Program-made: the position numbers and the translations under genes
Origin: Candidatus Poribacteria bacterium
GTDB lineage: Bacteria; Poribacteria; WGA-4E; PCPOR2b
NCBI GenBank assembly: GCA_965208675.1
Contig: OZ242351.1
Coordinates: forward strand, 4,416,001-4,480,000
Length of the DNA: 64,000 nucleotides
Direction: 5' to 3'
In this document: one piece after another, positions 1 through 7,702 of the stretch
Numbering within the stretch: position 1 is the first letter of the stretch
How the letters are laid out: every line of letters begins with the position of its first letter
Notes under the pieces: generated by a model
Seen by the model: the letters and a program-made list of their open reading frames with translations, nothing else
The model's database searches: none
Told to the model about the DNA's origin: nothing

Positions 1-168
1 GGAGTTTTCGAATATTTCCAAGCGATCATTTAAGGAGTTTTCAAACTGTTCAAACCGTTTATCGAGGCGTCCGAAAAAGAAGTTTAGTACGCCGATAACC
101 AACCCGCCGCCCGCAACAATCGGCACCGCAATTGCCGCGATGATTTTGACAACGTCGATCCAACTCAT
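1..168 (-). CDS. Partial small membrane-anchored coiled-coil protein (runs off the window start)
   Basis: Not in the ORF track. Reverse complement from ATG at 168 reads MSWIDVVKIIAAIAVPIVAGGGLVIGVLNFFFGRLDKRFEQFENSLNDRLEIFENS with no stop; GGAGG RBS about 8 nt upstream; TCGACA-N18-TATAAT promoter at about 192-221 on the minus strand. Confidence 0.7.
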   Translation of the reverse strand, partial: MSWIDVVKIIAAIAVPIVAGGGLVIGVLNFFFGRLDKRFEQFENSLNDRLEIFENS

Positions 169-304
169 CCCGATAACCTCCATTTCATGATATTATACCA
201 CAATGCCGCCCAAAATGTCGAGTTTTCGTATGTTGGGCTGAGGGATTGACGGAGTACGTGTGGAGGGCGTCGCGATTCGCAGATCGCTCCTACACGGGGT
301 TGAC

Positions 305-385
305 GGTAAAGGGAGGAGTGTGTGCGCGGTATCGAATCACTCCCCTCCTTCGAAGGAGGGGTTAGGGGAGGTTAAAGATGGTGTG
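305..385. repeat. Partial copy of the CCCCTCCTT-N-AAGGAGGGG-TTAGGGGAGGTT hairpin repeat (family A)
   Basis: Near-identical to the right half of 698-817 and 1179-1309. Confidence 0.85.
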
Positions 386-495
386 GTGGGAGAATTGAAC
401 GGGTTAGGTTTTATGGTTGGTGCAGCGTTACCCGACGGTTTTGGTTAATCTGAAGGCATTTAGGTTATCGGAAGCGGTACGAACATATGAAAAGC

Positions 496-596
496 GTTGG
501 GTTTGCTGCGGCAAATATATTATGTGTATTACCGCAAATCTGGCAGGTGCTTTTCGCATGGAGCGTAGTAGCAGGTACCCGCTTAACCCAACCTAC
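496..596 (-). repeat. GTAG-type REP cassette, interior type 1 (101 nt)
   Basis: GTTGGGTTTGCT ... CCGCTTAACCCAACCTAC; terminal inverted repeat GTTGGGT/ACCCAAC followed by CTAC. Confidence 0.8.
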
Positions 597-697
597 AGGA
601 ACTGGGTTTCAAATAAAGATCGCGATTCGGAGGTTGGTCATACAGATGCAGGTGATTGATAGTGAAGACTATCGCCTTCGCTATTCGCTCAGTTGAT

Positions 698-817
698 CCC
701 CCTCAGTCCCCCCTTGGTAAGGGGGGAGGATTATGTGAGTGGCTTGGTAAAGGGGGAGGAGTGTGTGCGCGGTATCGTATCATTCCCCTCCTTACGAAGG
801 AGGGGTTAGGGGAGGTT
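698..817. repeat. Family A double-hairpin repeat (CCCCCTTGGTAAGGGGG and CCCCTCCTTACGAAGGAGGGG)
   Basis: Direct repeat of 1179-1297 with few differences. Confidence 0.9.
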
Positions 818-825
818 GGCGATGC

Positions 826-1178
826 TGTCTGAACGGTGATCTGTGTGATTAAATGGTGGGCTGTGATTGAGGGAATTAATTGGTGCTGGCGGCAGTGTGG
901 GTATTTGGGAGTCAATTGGGATGGGCGAGGTTTTAAAAGAGTTGGGTTTCGCTCGATTCATCGGGTTTTGTACGCGGTTAGATTGAACGGGGCGGTTCGT
1001 TTTATTGTGCGGTTTTTGGGTGAATCCGCTCTACCCAACCTACAAGAGCTACTGCTACTTTGCAGACCGGAGTGTGCTTACTACGATATCGCGGCTGGAA
1101 GCCGCTCCCACAAGGGATTGTCATTGGAACGTAGGAAAGAAATGCGAATTTCGATGCAACCCAACCTACAAGAGCTAA
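826..1178. repeat. Composite intergenic repeat, copy I (contains REP cassette 941-1043, REP 1089-1111 and a REP end at about 1159-1169)
   Basis: Aligns by eye with 3348-3663 and 4891-5117 in the same orientation. Confidence 0.9.
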
Positions 1179-1309
1179 CCCCCCTCAGTCCCCCCTTGGT
1201 AAGGGGGGAGGATTATGTGAGTGGCTTGGTAAAGGGGGAGGAGTGTGCGCGGCATCGAATCATTCCCCTCCTTACGAAGGAGGGGTTAGGGGAGGTTAAA
1301 GATGGTGTG
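1179..1309. repeat. Family A double-hairpin repeat
   Basis: Direct repeat of 698-817; shares the tail AAAGATGGTGTG with 305-385. Confidence 0.9.
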
Positions 1310-1375
1310 TTGTGATTCGGAGATCACTCCTACAGGGAGGGATGGGTTTGCAGTTGCCGAAACGAGGTATGATTT

Positions 1376-3313
1376 TTGAGTAAGTTCACTCCAATCGAAA
1401 AGCAGAAGTCGAACGACATTCCACTCCGAATCTTGGTGATTGGCATCTTCTTCGCTCTGGTTAATGCGTATTGGGTTTCGACAAATGATTTGCTGATTGG
1501 CCTCGTTCACAACTATATGTCGCTGTTCAGCAACGCGGTTTTTACGCTGTTTCTACTGGTGTTGCTGAATGCCCTTCTAAAGAAGTACCTTCCGAGGCTT
1601 GCATTTAGAGCCGCCGACCTACTAGTGATTTATGTGATGACCGTAATGGTTACGACCTTTGCGGGGAATCGGATGAACCGGTTTGTCGGACTGCTCTCCC
1701 ACCCTTACTGGTTTGCCACGCCCGAAAATGACTGGCGAAACCTGTTCTGGCGATATATCCCGCCTTGGTTTACGGTCAAGGATGAGCACGCGCTGAGCGC
1801 CCTTTATCACGGCGACACGACGTTTTTTAGCCGCGCAAACTTTATGCCTTGGTTGGGGCCGATTGTCTATTGGTCGGCGTTTCTGATTGTGTTGTACGTC
1901 GTCCTGATCTGCATCAATACGCTGATACGCAAGCAATTTACGGAACATGAAAGGCTGACCTACCCCGTTACGTGGCTGCCGCTGGAGATGGCGAAGGACA
2001 TAACGTTTTTCCTGAAGAATAGGCTAATGTGGGCGGGTTTCGGCATTGCGGCGGCAATTGGCATTCTGAATGGACTGAGCGTGTTAATTCCGTCACTGCC
2101 GGATATTCCGGTCGGGTGGACATCGATTCACTTCCGGGAGAAACCGTGGAGCTATATGGGCGGCACCCGAATTTCGTTCCAGCCGTTTGTGATTGGTCTT
2201 TCGTATTTCATGCCGCTGGACCTCGCTTTCTCTGCCTGGTTTTTCTACTTCTTGAAGAAATTTACTCAGTTGACTCTTGGGGCGACCATGGGTTGGCGCA
2301 ACCTTTACTTCCCCGAACAGGCTCAAGGCGCATGGAGCGGGTTGGGGATTTTGGCGCTGTGGGTCGGACGCAGGCACCTAAAGCGGGTTTTCACACAAGT
2401 ATTCACGCGAAAGCGGGTTATTGACGACGCTAAAGAACCGATGTCGTATCGGACCGCGGTATTTGGCATCGTCGCCGGCATAATTTTTCTCCTGTTTTTC
2501 GCATACAAAGCCGGGCTTTCGTTGTGGATTATTTTGGTGTTTTTTGTAATTTATGTATGCAGCGCCCTTGGTGTGAACAAGATTAGAGCCGGGCTTGGTG
2601 TAGCGGTGCATGAGTTGCTGTGGGTCGACCCAGGTGAGACGATGGTGAGCTCGATGGGAACCCGGACGTTTGGCGCACGAAATCTGACGGTGCTTTCATT
2701 TCTATTTGTGCTGAATCGGGATCAGCCGGGCCACCCGATGCCGAACCAACTGGAAGCGTTTCGGATCGGCGAGCAGGCGAACATCCATCCGAGAAAACTG
2801 GCCTGGGCAATAATTTTGACGTGCGCCATCGGGATACCGGTGACCTTTATGATATTTTTCAACCATCTGTATCAACAGGGGGCTGAAAATTCGACGGGTA
2901 CGATTTTCATGCCCATAGGGAGAGAGGGGTTTACCCAGCGGCTGCAGATTTGGCTAACGAATCCGACGGGGCATGATTATGCAGCGGCGGGTTTCATGGG
3001 GTTTGGCTTCGCTATGACGGGGATTCTGTTAGTCATGAAGATGCGGTTTCTGTGGTGGCCGTTTCACCCCGTGGGTTATGTGTTGGGATCGAGCCCGGCG
3101 GAGATGATATATATCTGGGTACCGGTGCTGATTAGTTGGTGCCTGAAGTTTGCCATCCTTCGGTACGGCGGGCTGCGGGCGTATCGCAGCGCATTGCCGT
3201 TTTTTGTGGGTTTGATATTGGGGGATTATACATTGGGATGCTTTTGGAGTATTGTCGGAGCGGTGTTCAGGGTTCCGGTGTATAATATGGGCTGGCATCC
3301 GGTGACGTCGTGA
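1376..3313 (+). CDS. Polytopic membrane protein, DUF6785/DUF6784-like putative transporter
   Basis: 645 aa, many hydrophobic helices; motifs YWFATPENDW, ERLTYP, WWPFHPVGY, RYGGLRAY and PFFVGLILGD; TTG start uncertain. Confidence 0.75.
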   Translation: MSKFTPIEKQKSNDIPLRILVIGIFFALVNAYWVSTNDLLIGLVHNYMSLFSNAVFTLFLLVLLNALLKKYLPRLAFRAADLLVIYVMTVMVTTFAGNRMNRFVGLLSHPYWFATPENDWRNLFWRYIPPWFTVKDEHALSALYHGDTTFFSRANFMPWLGPIVYWSAFLIVLYVVLICINTLIRKQFTEHERLTYPVTWLPLEMAKDITFFLKNRLMWAGFGIAAAIGILNGLSVLIPSLPDIPVGWTSIHFREKPWSYMGGTRISFQPFVIGLSYFMPLDLAFSAWFFYFLKKFTQLTLGATMGWRNLYFPEQAQGAWSGLGILALWVGRRHLKRVFTQVFTRKRVIDDAKEPMSYRTAVFGIVAGIIFLLFFAYKAGLSLWIILVFFVIYVCSALGVNKIRAGLGVAVHELLWVDPGETMVSSMGTRTFGARNLTVLSFLFVLNRDQPGHPMPNQLEAFRIGEQANIHPRKLAWAIILTCAIGIPVTFMIFFNHLYQQGAENSTGTIFMPIGREGFTQRLQIWLTNPTGHDYAAAGFMGFGFAMTGILLVMKMRFLWWPFHPVGYVLGSSPAEMIYIWVPVLISWCLKFAILRYGGLRAYRSALPFFVGLILGDYTLGCFWSIVGAVFRVPVYNMGWHPVTS

Positions 3314-3347
3314 TAGGGTTGGTAGGTTTGGAATGGGTTGGGTTACG

Positions 3348-3663
3348 GTCTGAAATGTGGTTTGTGTGATTAAATGATGGGCTGTGTTTGAGGGGAGTCA
3401 ATTGGGATGGGAGAGGTTTTAAAAGAGTTGGGTTTCGCTCGATTCATCGGGTTTTGTGCGCGGTTAGATTGACCGGGGCGGTTCGTTTTATTGTGCGGTT
3501 TTTGGGTGAATCCGCTCTACCCAACCTACAAGAGCTGCTGTTACTTTACAGACCGCAGTCTGCCTGCTACTTTATCGCGGCTGGAAGCCGCTCCCAGAAG
3601 AGATGGTTATTGGAAGGTAGGAAGGAAATGCGATTTTCGATGCAACCCAACATACAGGAGCTA
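3348..3663. repeat. Composite intergenic repeat, copy II (REP cassette 3427-3529)
   Basis: Colinear with 826-1178 apart from an internal deletion of about 35 nt near 3394. Confidence 0.9.
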
Positions 3664-3761
3664 CAGAAGGAACGAAAATGATTTTGGATGCGGTAAACTC
3701 TGCTGGAATTTCTCACGTTTTACGGGTTTGAGAATCTGAAAGTAATGAGGAGAACGACGTA

Positions 3762-4856
3762 ATGAAACGGATCAAACAACTTGTTTACGCAGGAGTCAGC
3801 TTGTGCATGGCAGCAGTATTGTGCTCGCCTGTGTTCGCCGGGGCTGGGCGAACCGGCGCGCAAATTCTCGACCTTGGCGGCGGAACGCGTGCGGCGGCGC
3901 TGGGCGACGCATTTTCTGCGGTTGACGGCGATGTCACCGCAGCGTTTTGGAATCCGAGCGGGTTGGGAATCATTCAAGACACACAGGCTGCGATTTCGTA
4001 TATGGACTACAGTCAACTTTTTGGTGAAGCGAGTGAGGGGTTATACTACGCTTTTTTCGCCGGTGCAATGCCGCTCGGTGCGTCGGGTACGCTCGGTACA
4101 ACGCTTCAAATACAGGGGCAAGGCGAGGTTGCAATTACGACGGATTCGCCGCTAATAGAGCGGTATGAGAACCTTGGAACGAATTGGGCATGGACAGTGT
4201 CGTACGCGGACATGTTGGCAAACGGATTGTCGGCGGGCATCAGCGGCAAGATTATTCAGATGAAATTAGGACGTTACGCTGGGCGCGCTTACGCCATTGA
4301 CTTCGGCGCACAGTACAATCTCCAGCTTCCCGATTTTATGCCGCCGGTGCGAATTGGCGCCGCTGTTCAGAATTGGGGCACCGAGATTGCGTTCATCGAC
4401 GCCAATCAGAGCGACCCGCTGCCTCGAAAGTTCCGGCTGGGAACGGCAGTGACACTCTATGGAGCGGGGTACCATGACCTACGGCTCATCGGGGATCTGA
4501 CCGCGTTTATCGATAAACTGAAAGAGGACGACGAGGAGGGGGTAGAGGCGTTTCTTGAGGCGAACCCGGAGGTCACACGCGATCAGCTTCTCGCCGACCG
4601 CGGCGTTGGCAGGCATGCGTTTGAGTGGCGGCACATGCAGAAGAGCATCGGTATCGAATATTGGTTGAGTAACCTGCTTGCGCTGCGAGTCGGTTACAAA
4701 ACGGAACCCGGCATAAACCGCCCGGATTTCTCAGATCATATCACGTACGGCTTGGGGGTGCGTTTGTTGAATTATCAGTTTGATTATGCCCGCGTGCCCG
4801 GCGGGGGGCCGAACAATCAGCGCCTCAATGTGTTCGCGTTGGTATTGCGGTTTTAG
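3762..4856 (+). CDS. PorV/PorQ family outer-membrane beta-barrel protein
   Basis: Signal peptide; N-terminal motif GGGTRAAALGDAFSAVDGDVTAAFWNPSGL; SDPLP motif; C-terminal beta-signal ending LVLRF; RBS GAGGAG. Confidence 0.8.
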   Translation: MKRIKQLVYAGVSLCMAAVLCSPVFAGAGRTGAQILDLGGGTRAAALGDAFSAVDGDVTAAFWNPSGLGIIQDTQAAISYMDYSQLFGEASEGLYYAFFAGAMPLGASGTLGTTLQIQGQGEVAITTDSPLIERYENLGTNWAWTVSYADMLANGLSAGISGKIIQMKLGRYAGRAYAIDFGAQYNLQLPDFMPPVRIGAAVQNWGTEIAFIDANQSDPLPRKFRLGTAVTLYGAGYHDLRLIGDLTAFIDKLKEDDEEGVEAFLEANPEVTRDQLLADRGVGRHAFEWRHMQKSIGIEYWLSNLLALRVGYKTEPGINRPDFSDHITYGLGVRLLNYQFDYARVPGGGPNNQRLNVFALVLRF

Positions 4857-4890
4857 GGATTGTAGTTTATCTTTGGGTTTCGGAGAAGAC

Positions 4891-5117
4891 TGTCTGAACT
4901 GTGATTTTTGTGATTAAATGATGGGGTATGATTGAGGGAGGCATTTGGTGTTGGCGGCGGTGTGGGTGTTTGGTAGTCATTTGGGATGGGAGAGGTTTCA
5001 AAAGAGTTGGGTTTCGCTCGATTCATCGGGATTTGTGCGCGGTTAGGTTGACGGTGGCGTTTCGTTTTATTGCGCGGTTTTTGGGTGAATTCGCTCTACC
5101 CAACCTACAGGAGCTGC
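4891..5117. repeat. Composite intergenic repeat, copy III (REP cassette 5006-5108)
   Basis: Matches the left two-thirds of 826-1178. Confidence 0.9.
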
Positions 5118-5142
5118 GGTTAACTCGTGATGCGCGTTGTGG

Positions 5143-5212
5143 TAAATCTGGCACGTAATTTTCGCACGGTAGTTATTAGCAGTTACCCGCTTAACCCAAC
5201 CTACAAGAACTG
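5143..5212 (-). repeat. Partial REP cassette, interior type 1
   Basis: AAATCTGGCA..TTTTCGCA..TAGCAG.TACCCGCTTAACCCAACCTACA.GAACTG matches about 535-604. Confidence 0.8.
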
Positions 5213-5299
5213 AAATCAGGAAAGGCGACGGAGCGGGTTGAGATTTGGGACCATTCAAAATTTTCAATGGTTGTTTTGAATGCGGGAGGTCTTAAAAGC

Positions 5300-5401
5300 G
5301 TTGGGTTTCGCTACATGGATTTTACGAATGCGGCATGCCGGAGTTTTAACGTTGCGTGGGTGTAGTAACGGCATTAGGGTTATCCGCTCTACCCAACCTA
5401 C
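5300..5401 (-). repeat. GTAG-type REP cassette, interior type 3 (102 nt)
   Basis: GTTGGGTTTCGCT ... ATCCGCTCTACCCAACCTAC with an interior unlike types 1 and 2. Confidence 0.8.
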
Positions 5402-5436
5402 AGAAGCTAAAAGAACTTTTGTGATAAGGATTAGAC

Positions 5437-6282
5437 TTGAAAAAGATAGGTGAAATTATTCTATTGTTTAACTTGATTGGGTTGGTTGTCTTGCCTGTGA
5501 ATGCTAACTCGGTAGACACAACCGCTAGTGACTCGGGAGAAAATGGAGGTGTGTCGTTTCGGTTTGTGTCGGCGTTGGGGGCGAGGCACCTAGATGTTGA
5601 ACAGATTGGCGGCATAACGGGTGATGAATGGACGACGACGTTGAAATCGCCGAACCGGGCGTTTTTGTCGTCACTGATTGTACCGGGCTCCGGCCAGTTG
5701 TATCTCGGCGCGAAACGGGGTTACTTATACATTCTGGCAGAAGTCGGCATGTTGGCGGCGTATTTCCTTACGCGCAGCGATGCGGAGAATACACGGGAGC
5801 AGTATAGAGAACATGTAAGGGAGCACGTGGCTTTCGAATGGCCATACCAGGCGGCGGAGCAATTTGAAAAGTGGGATCCAATCGAAGATTATGAGCATGC
5901 CACGCTGTTCGACAATTGGCGCAACGTTTATACGGAGCGGAACGGTGAACCGCTTGAAAGAGTCGGGGCGTGGTATTGGAAGGATCGGCAGGCATTCAAG
6001 GATGAGGAGCGGGGTGAGGGTAATCATGATTCTCCGCAGCGTGAAATTGCAAAAACGTTACGGTATGAAGCCAATGACAAATTTGAGCGGGCGCGCACCT
6101 TTTTGGGCGTTGTCATCTTGAACCATGTGGTTAGCGCAGTTGAAGCGCGAATTTCCGCATTACGGAGCAATCGACGGTACATGTCGGACGCCACGCCGCG
6201 GCGATCTTTTGAATTCGATGTGCGGACATCAGTCTCGCCACATGCTGCGGAAACTCAACTTGTCTTGAGCAAACGGTTTTAG
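5437..6282 (+). CDS. Hypothetical envelope protein with a DUF5683/TM2-like motif
   Basis: KSPNRAFLSSLIVPGSGQLYLG motif, second hydrophobic segment near the C-terminus, terminal Phe; start codon uncertain. Confidence 0.65.
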   Translation: MKKIGEIILLFNLIGLVVLPVNANSVDTTASDSGENGGVSFRFVSALGARHLDVEQIGGITGDEWTTTLKSPNRAFLSSLIVPGSGQLYLGAKRGYLYILAEVGMLAAYFLTRSDAENTREQYREHVREHVAFEWPYQAAEQFEKWDPIEDYEHATLFDNWRNVYTERNGEPLERVGAWYWKDRQAFKDEERGEGNHDSPQREIAKTLRYEANDKFERARTFLGVVILNHVVSAVEARISALRSNRRYMSDATPRRSFEFDVRTSVSPHAAETQLVLSKRF

Positions 6283-6346
6283 CCGGGGCGCGTGCGGCGT
6301 TTATGTAAATTCCATTTTGTAAAACTGGTAGTCATTTTAACACGCC

Positions 6347-6416
6347 GGAAGGTTCGGCTTCCTAACCGAACCGGTATTTATTAAGTCTCGCAGGTGCGGT
6401 TGGAAACCGTACCTAC
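6347..6416. repeat. Inverted REP doublet (GGTTCGGCTTCCTAACCGAACC and GGTGCGGTTGGAAACCGTACCTAC)
   Basis: Two related imperfect palindromes in opposite orientation between convergent genes; one ends in CTAC. Confidence 0.7.
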
Positions 6417-6522
6417 CGCGCCTGTTGCGCCTACCGTACCTACCCACCTACCCACCTACCTAGACATCCGACAATACTAACGGAAATGACCGAGAGCCCG
6501 GGCTGATAGCGTAGGTAGATAC

Positions 6523-6557
6523 AAAAAAAGGGGAATCGGGATATTCCCAATTCCCCT
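6523..6557 (-). terminator. Rho-independent terminator of the OmpA-family gene
   Basis: Minus strand AGGGGAATTGGGAATATCCCGATTCCCC followed by T7. Confidence 0.85.
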
Positions 6558-6578
6558 AGAAAGGTAGGCGATGATGGG

Positions 6579-7454
6579 TTACATCATCGGACTCGGTGGC
6601 GTAATGAAGACCTCGACGCGACGGTTTTTTGCAGCCCCGGCTTTTGTTCTCACTGATGCAATCGGGTCCGTGTGGGCACGTCCAACAGATTCGATGTCGT
6701 TTTGCACGCCCTGCGTTTTGAGATACTTCACAGCGGAATCCGCGCGTGCTTGAGAAAGGTGCCAGTTGCTGCGGTATTTTCCACTCAATACCGGTTTTCC
6801 GTCAGTGTGACCGATTACCTTGACCATCGAATCCGGGTGCGCCTCCATGATCGCTTTAACCGCATTATTGAGGTTTTGTTTCGCTTCCTGATTCAAACGG
6901 GTTCCGCCGCTGGGGAAGTGCACGGTTGCAATCAATGTCGGCTTTGCGGCAACCATGGCTTTTAGGGTTTTGGTCTCTGCTTTTACCTCGGCGATCGCCG
7001 CTTGCATTTCCATATGATCCGCCGCTTGTTCCTTGGACTTGTTGTCTAAGCTGCCGATCATCATGCGCAACTTTTCATCTTCGTCCATAGCAAAGGCTTG
7101 AGCCTTTTCACGCGCCATATTGACGGCGTTCGTGAGGTCTTCATGCAATTTGGCATGCTGCTCCTTTGCGAAACCCTTGGCGGCGCTGATTGTGTCCGCA
7201 TCGCCCTGTTCAGCGGCAGCGACAGCGTCATTCTTTGCCGTAGAGATTTCCGATCTTAAAGAATTCCCTTGCTCGTCAACCTTGCCGCCAATCATAGCGA
7301 CCTCTTCCCGCAACTTTGAATGTTCCGCTGCAGATTCCGCGTTGTATTTCTCCATCTCTGCATCAAACTCCATCTTGCTCAGTTTGCCGCACCCGCTGAG
7401 ACCGATACCCAGAGCAAAAATGGCGACACTAGCCACTAAGGCTAAGATTTTCAT
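6579..7454 (-). CDS. OmpA/MotB-family peptidoglycan-binding lipoprotein with a long coiled coil
   Basis: Start moved to ATG 7454 (GGAGG RBS, lipobox LSGC); C-terminal GHTD...NWHLSQARA...NRRVE motif. Confidence 0.85.
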   Translation of the reverse strand: MKILALVASVAIFALGIGLSGCGKLSKMEFDAEMEKYNAESAAEHSKLREEVAMIGGKVDEQGNSLRSEISTAKNDAVAAAEQGDADTISAAKGFAKEQHAKLHEDLTNAVNMAREKAQAFAMDEDEKLRMMIGSLDNKSKEQAADHMEMQAAIAEVKAETKTLKAMVAAKPTLIATVHFPSGGTRLNQEAKQNLNNAVKAIMEAHPDSMVKVIGHTDGKPVLSGKYRSNWHLSQARADSAVKYLKTQGVQNDIESVGRAHTDPIASVRTKAGAAKNRRVEVFITPPSPMM

Positions 7455-7702
7455 TGTTCCCTCCCAAGAATTAAATGCGTTAACATTAGGAATACAGACT
7501 TTGAGCATCTGATACGCGCATAAGTTTGTACGGTATTTTAGCACAAGTCACGTCTGAATACAAGAAAAATCGCTAAGCATATTTGGGTGGGCGTGCAGAT
7601 TTGTGAGTGATGCTAACCTATCCGGATTATGCTGGCTAACGCACGGACTTAGCGGCGGAGAATTATTGTTGTTTCAGATGATTCCGAGTGCAGCGGTGCG
7701 GG

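Noticed and set aside
801-817. Telomere-like TTAGGG in GGGGTTAGGGGAGG
   Set aside because: One hexamer per repeat copy, not tandem; explained by the family A element.
260-1315. Short ORFs in the track (260-448, 417-659, 487-696, 703-915, 836-1315; also 3388-3739 and 4928-5267)
   Set aside because: They are translations of the repeat mosaic; the same peptide fragments recur wherever the repeats do, with no RBS or protein family signal.
826-5117. Integron attC array
   Set aside because: No integron integrase in the window and no consistent RYYYAAC...GTTRRRY boundary arrangement around the genes.
496-5401. CRISPR array interpretation of the conserved-end, variable-interior cassettes
   Set aside because: Units are dispersed among genes rather than tandem, the two ends are different sequences related by inversion, interiors recur, and no cas genes are present.
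7455-7544. N-terminal extension of the OmpA-family ORF given in the track
   Set aside because: RBS and lipoprotein signal point to ATG 7454.
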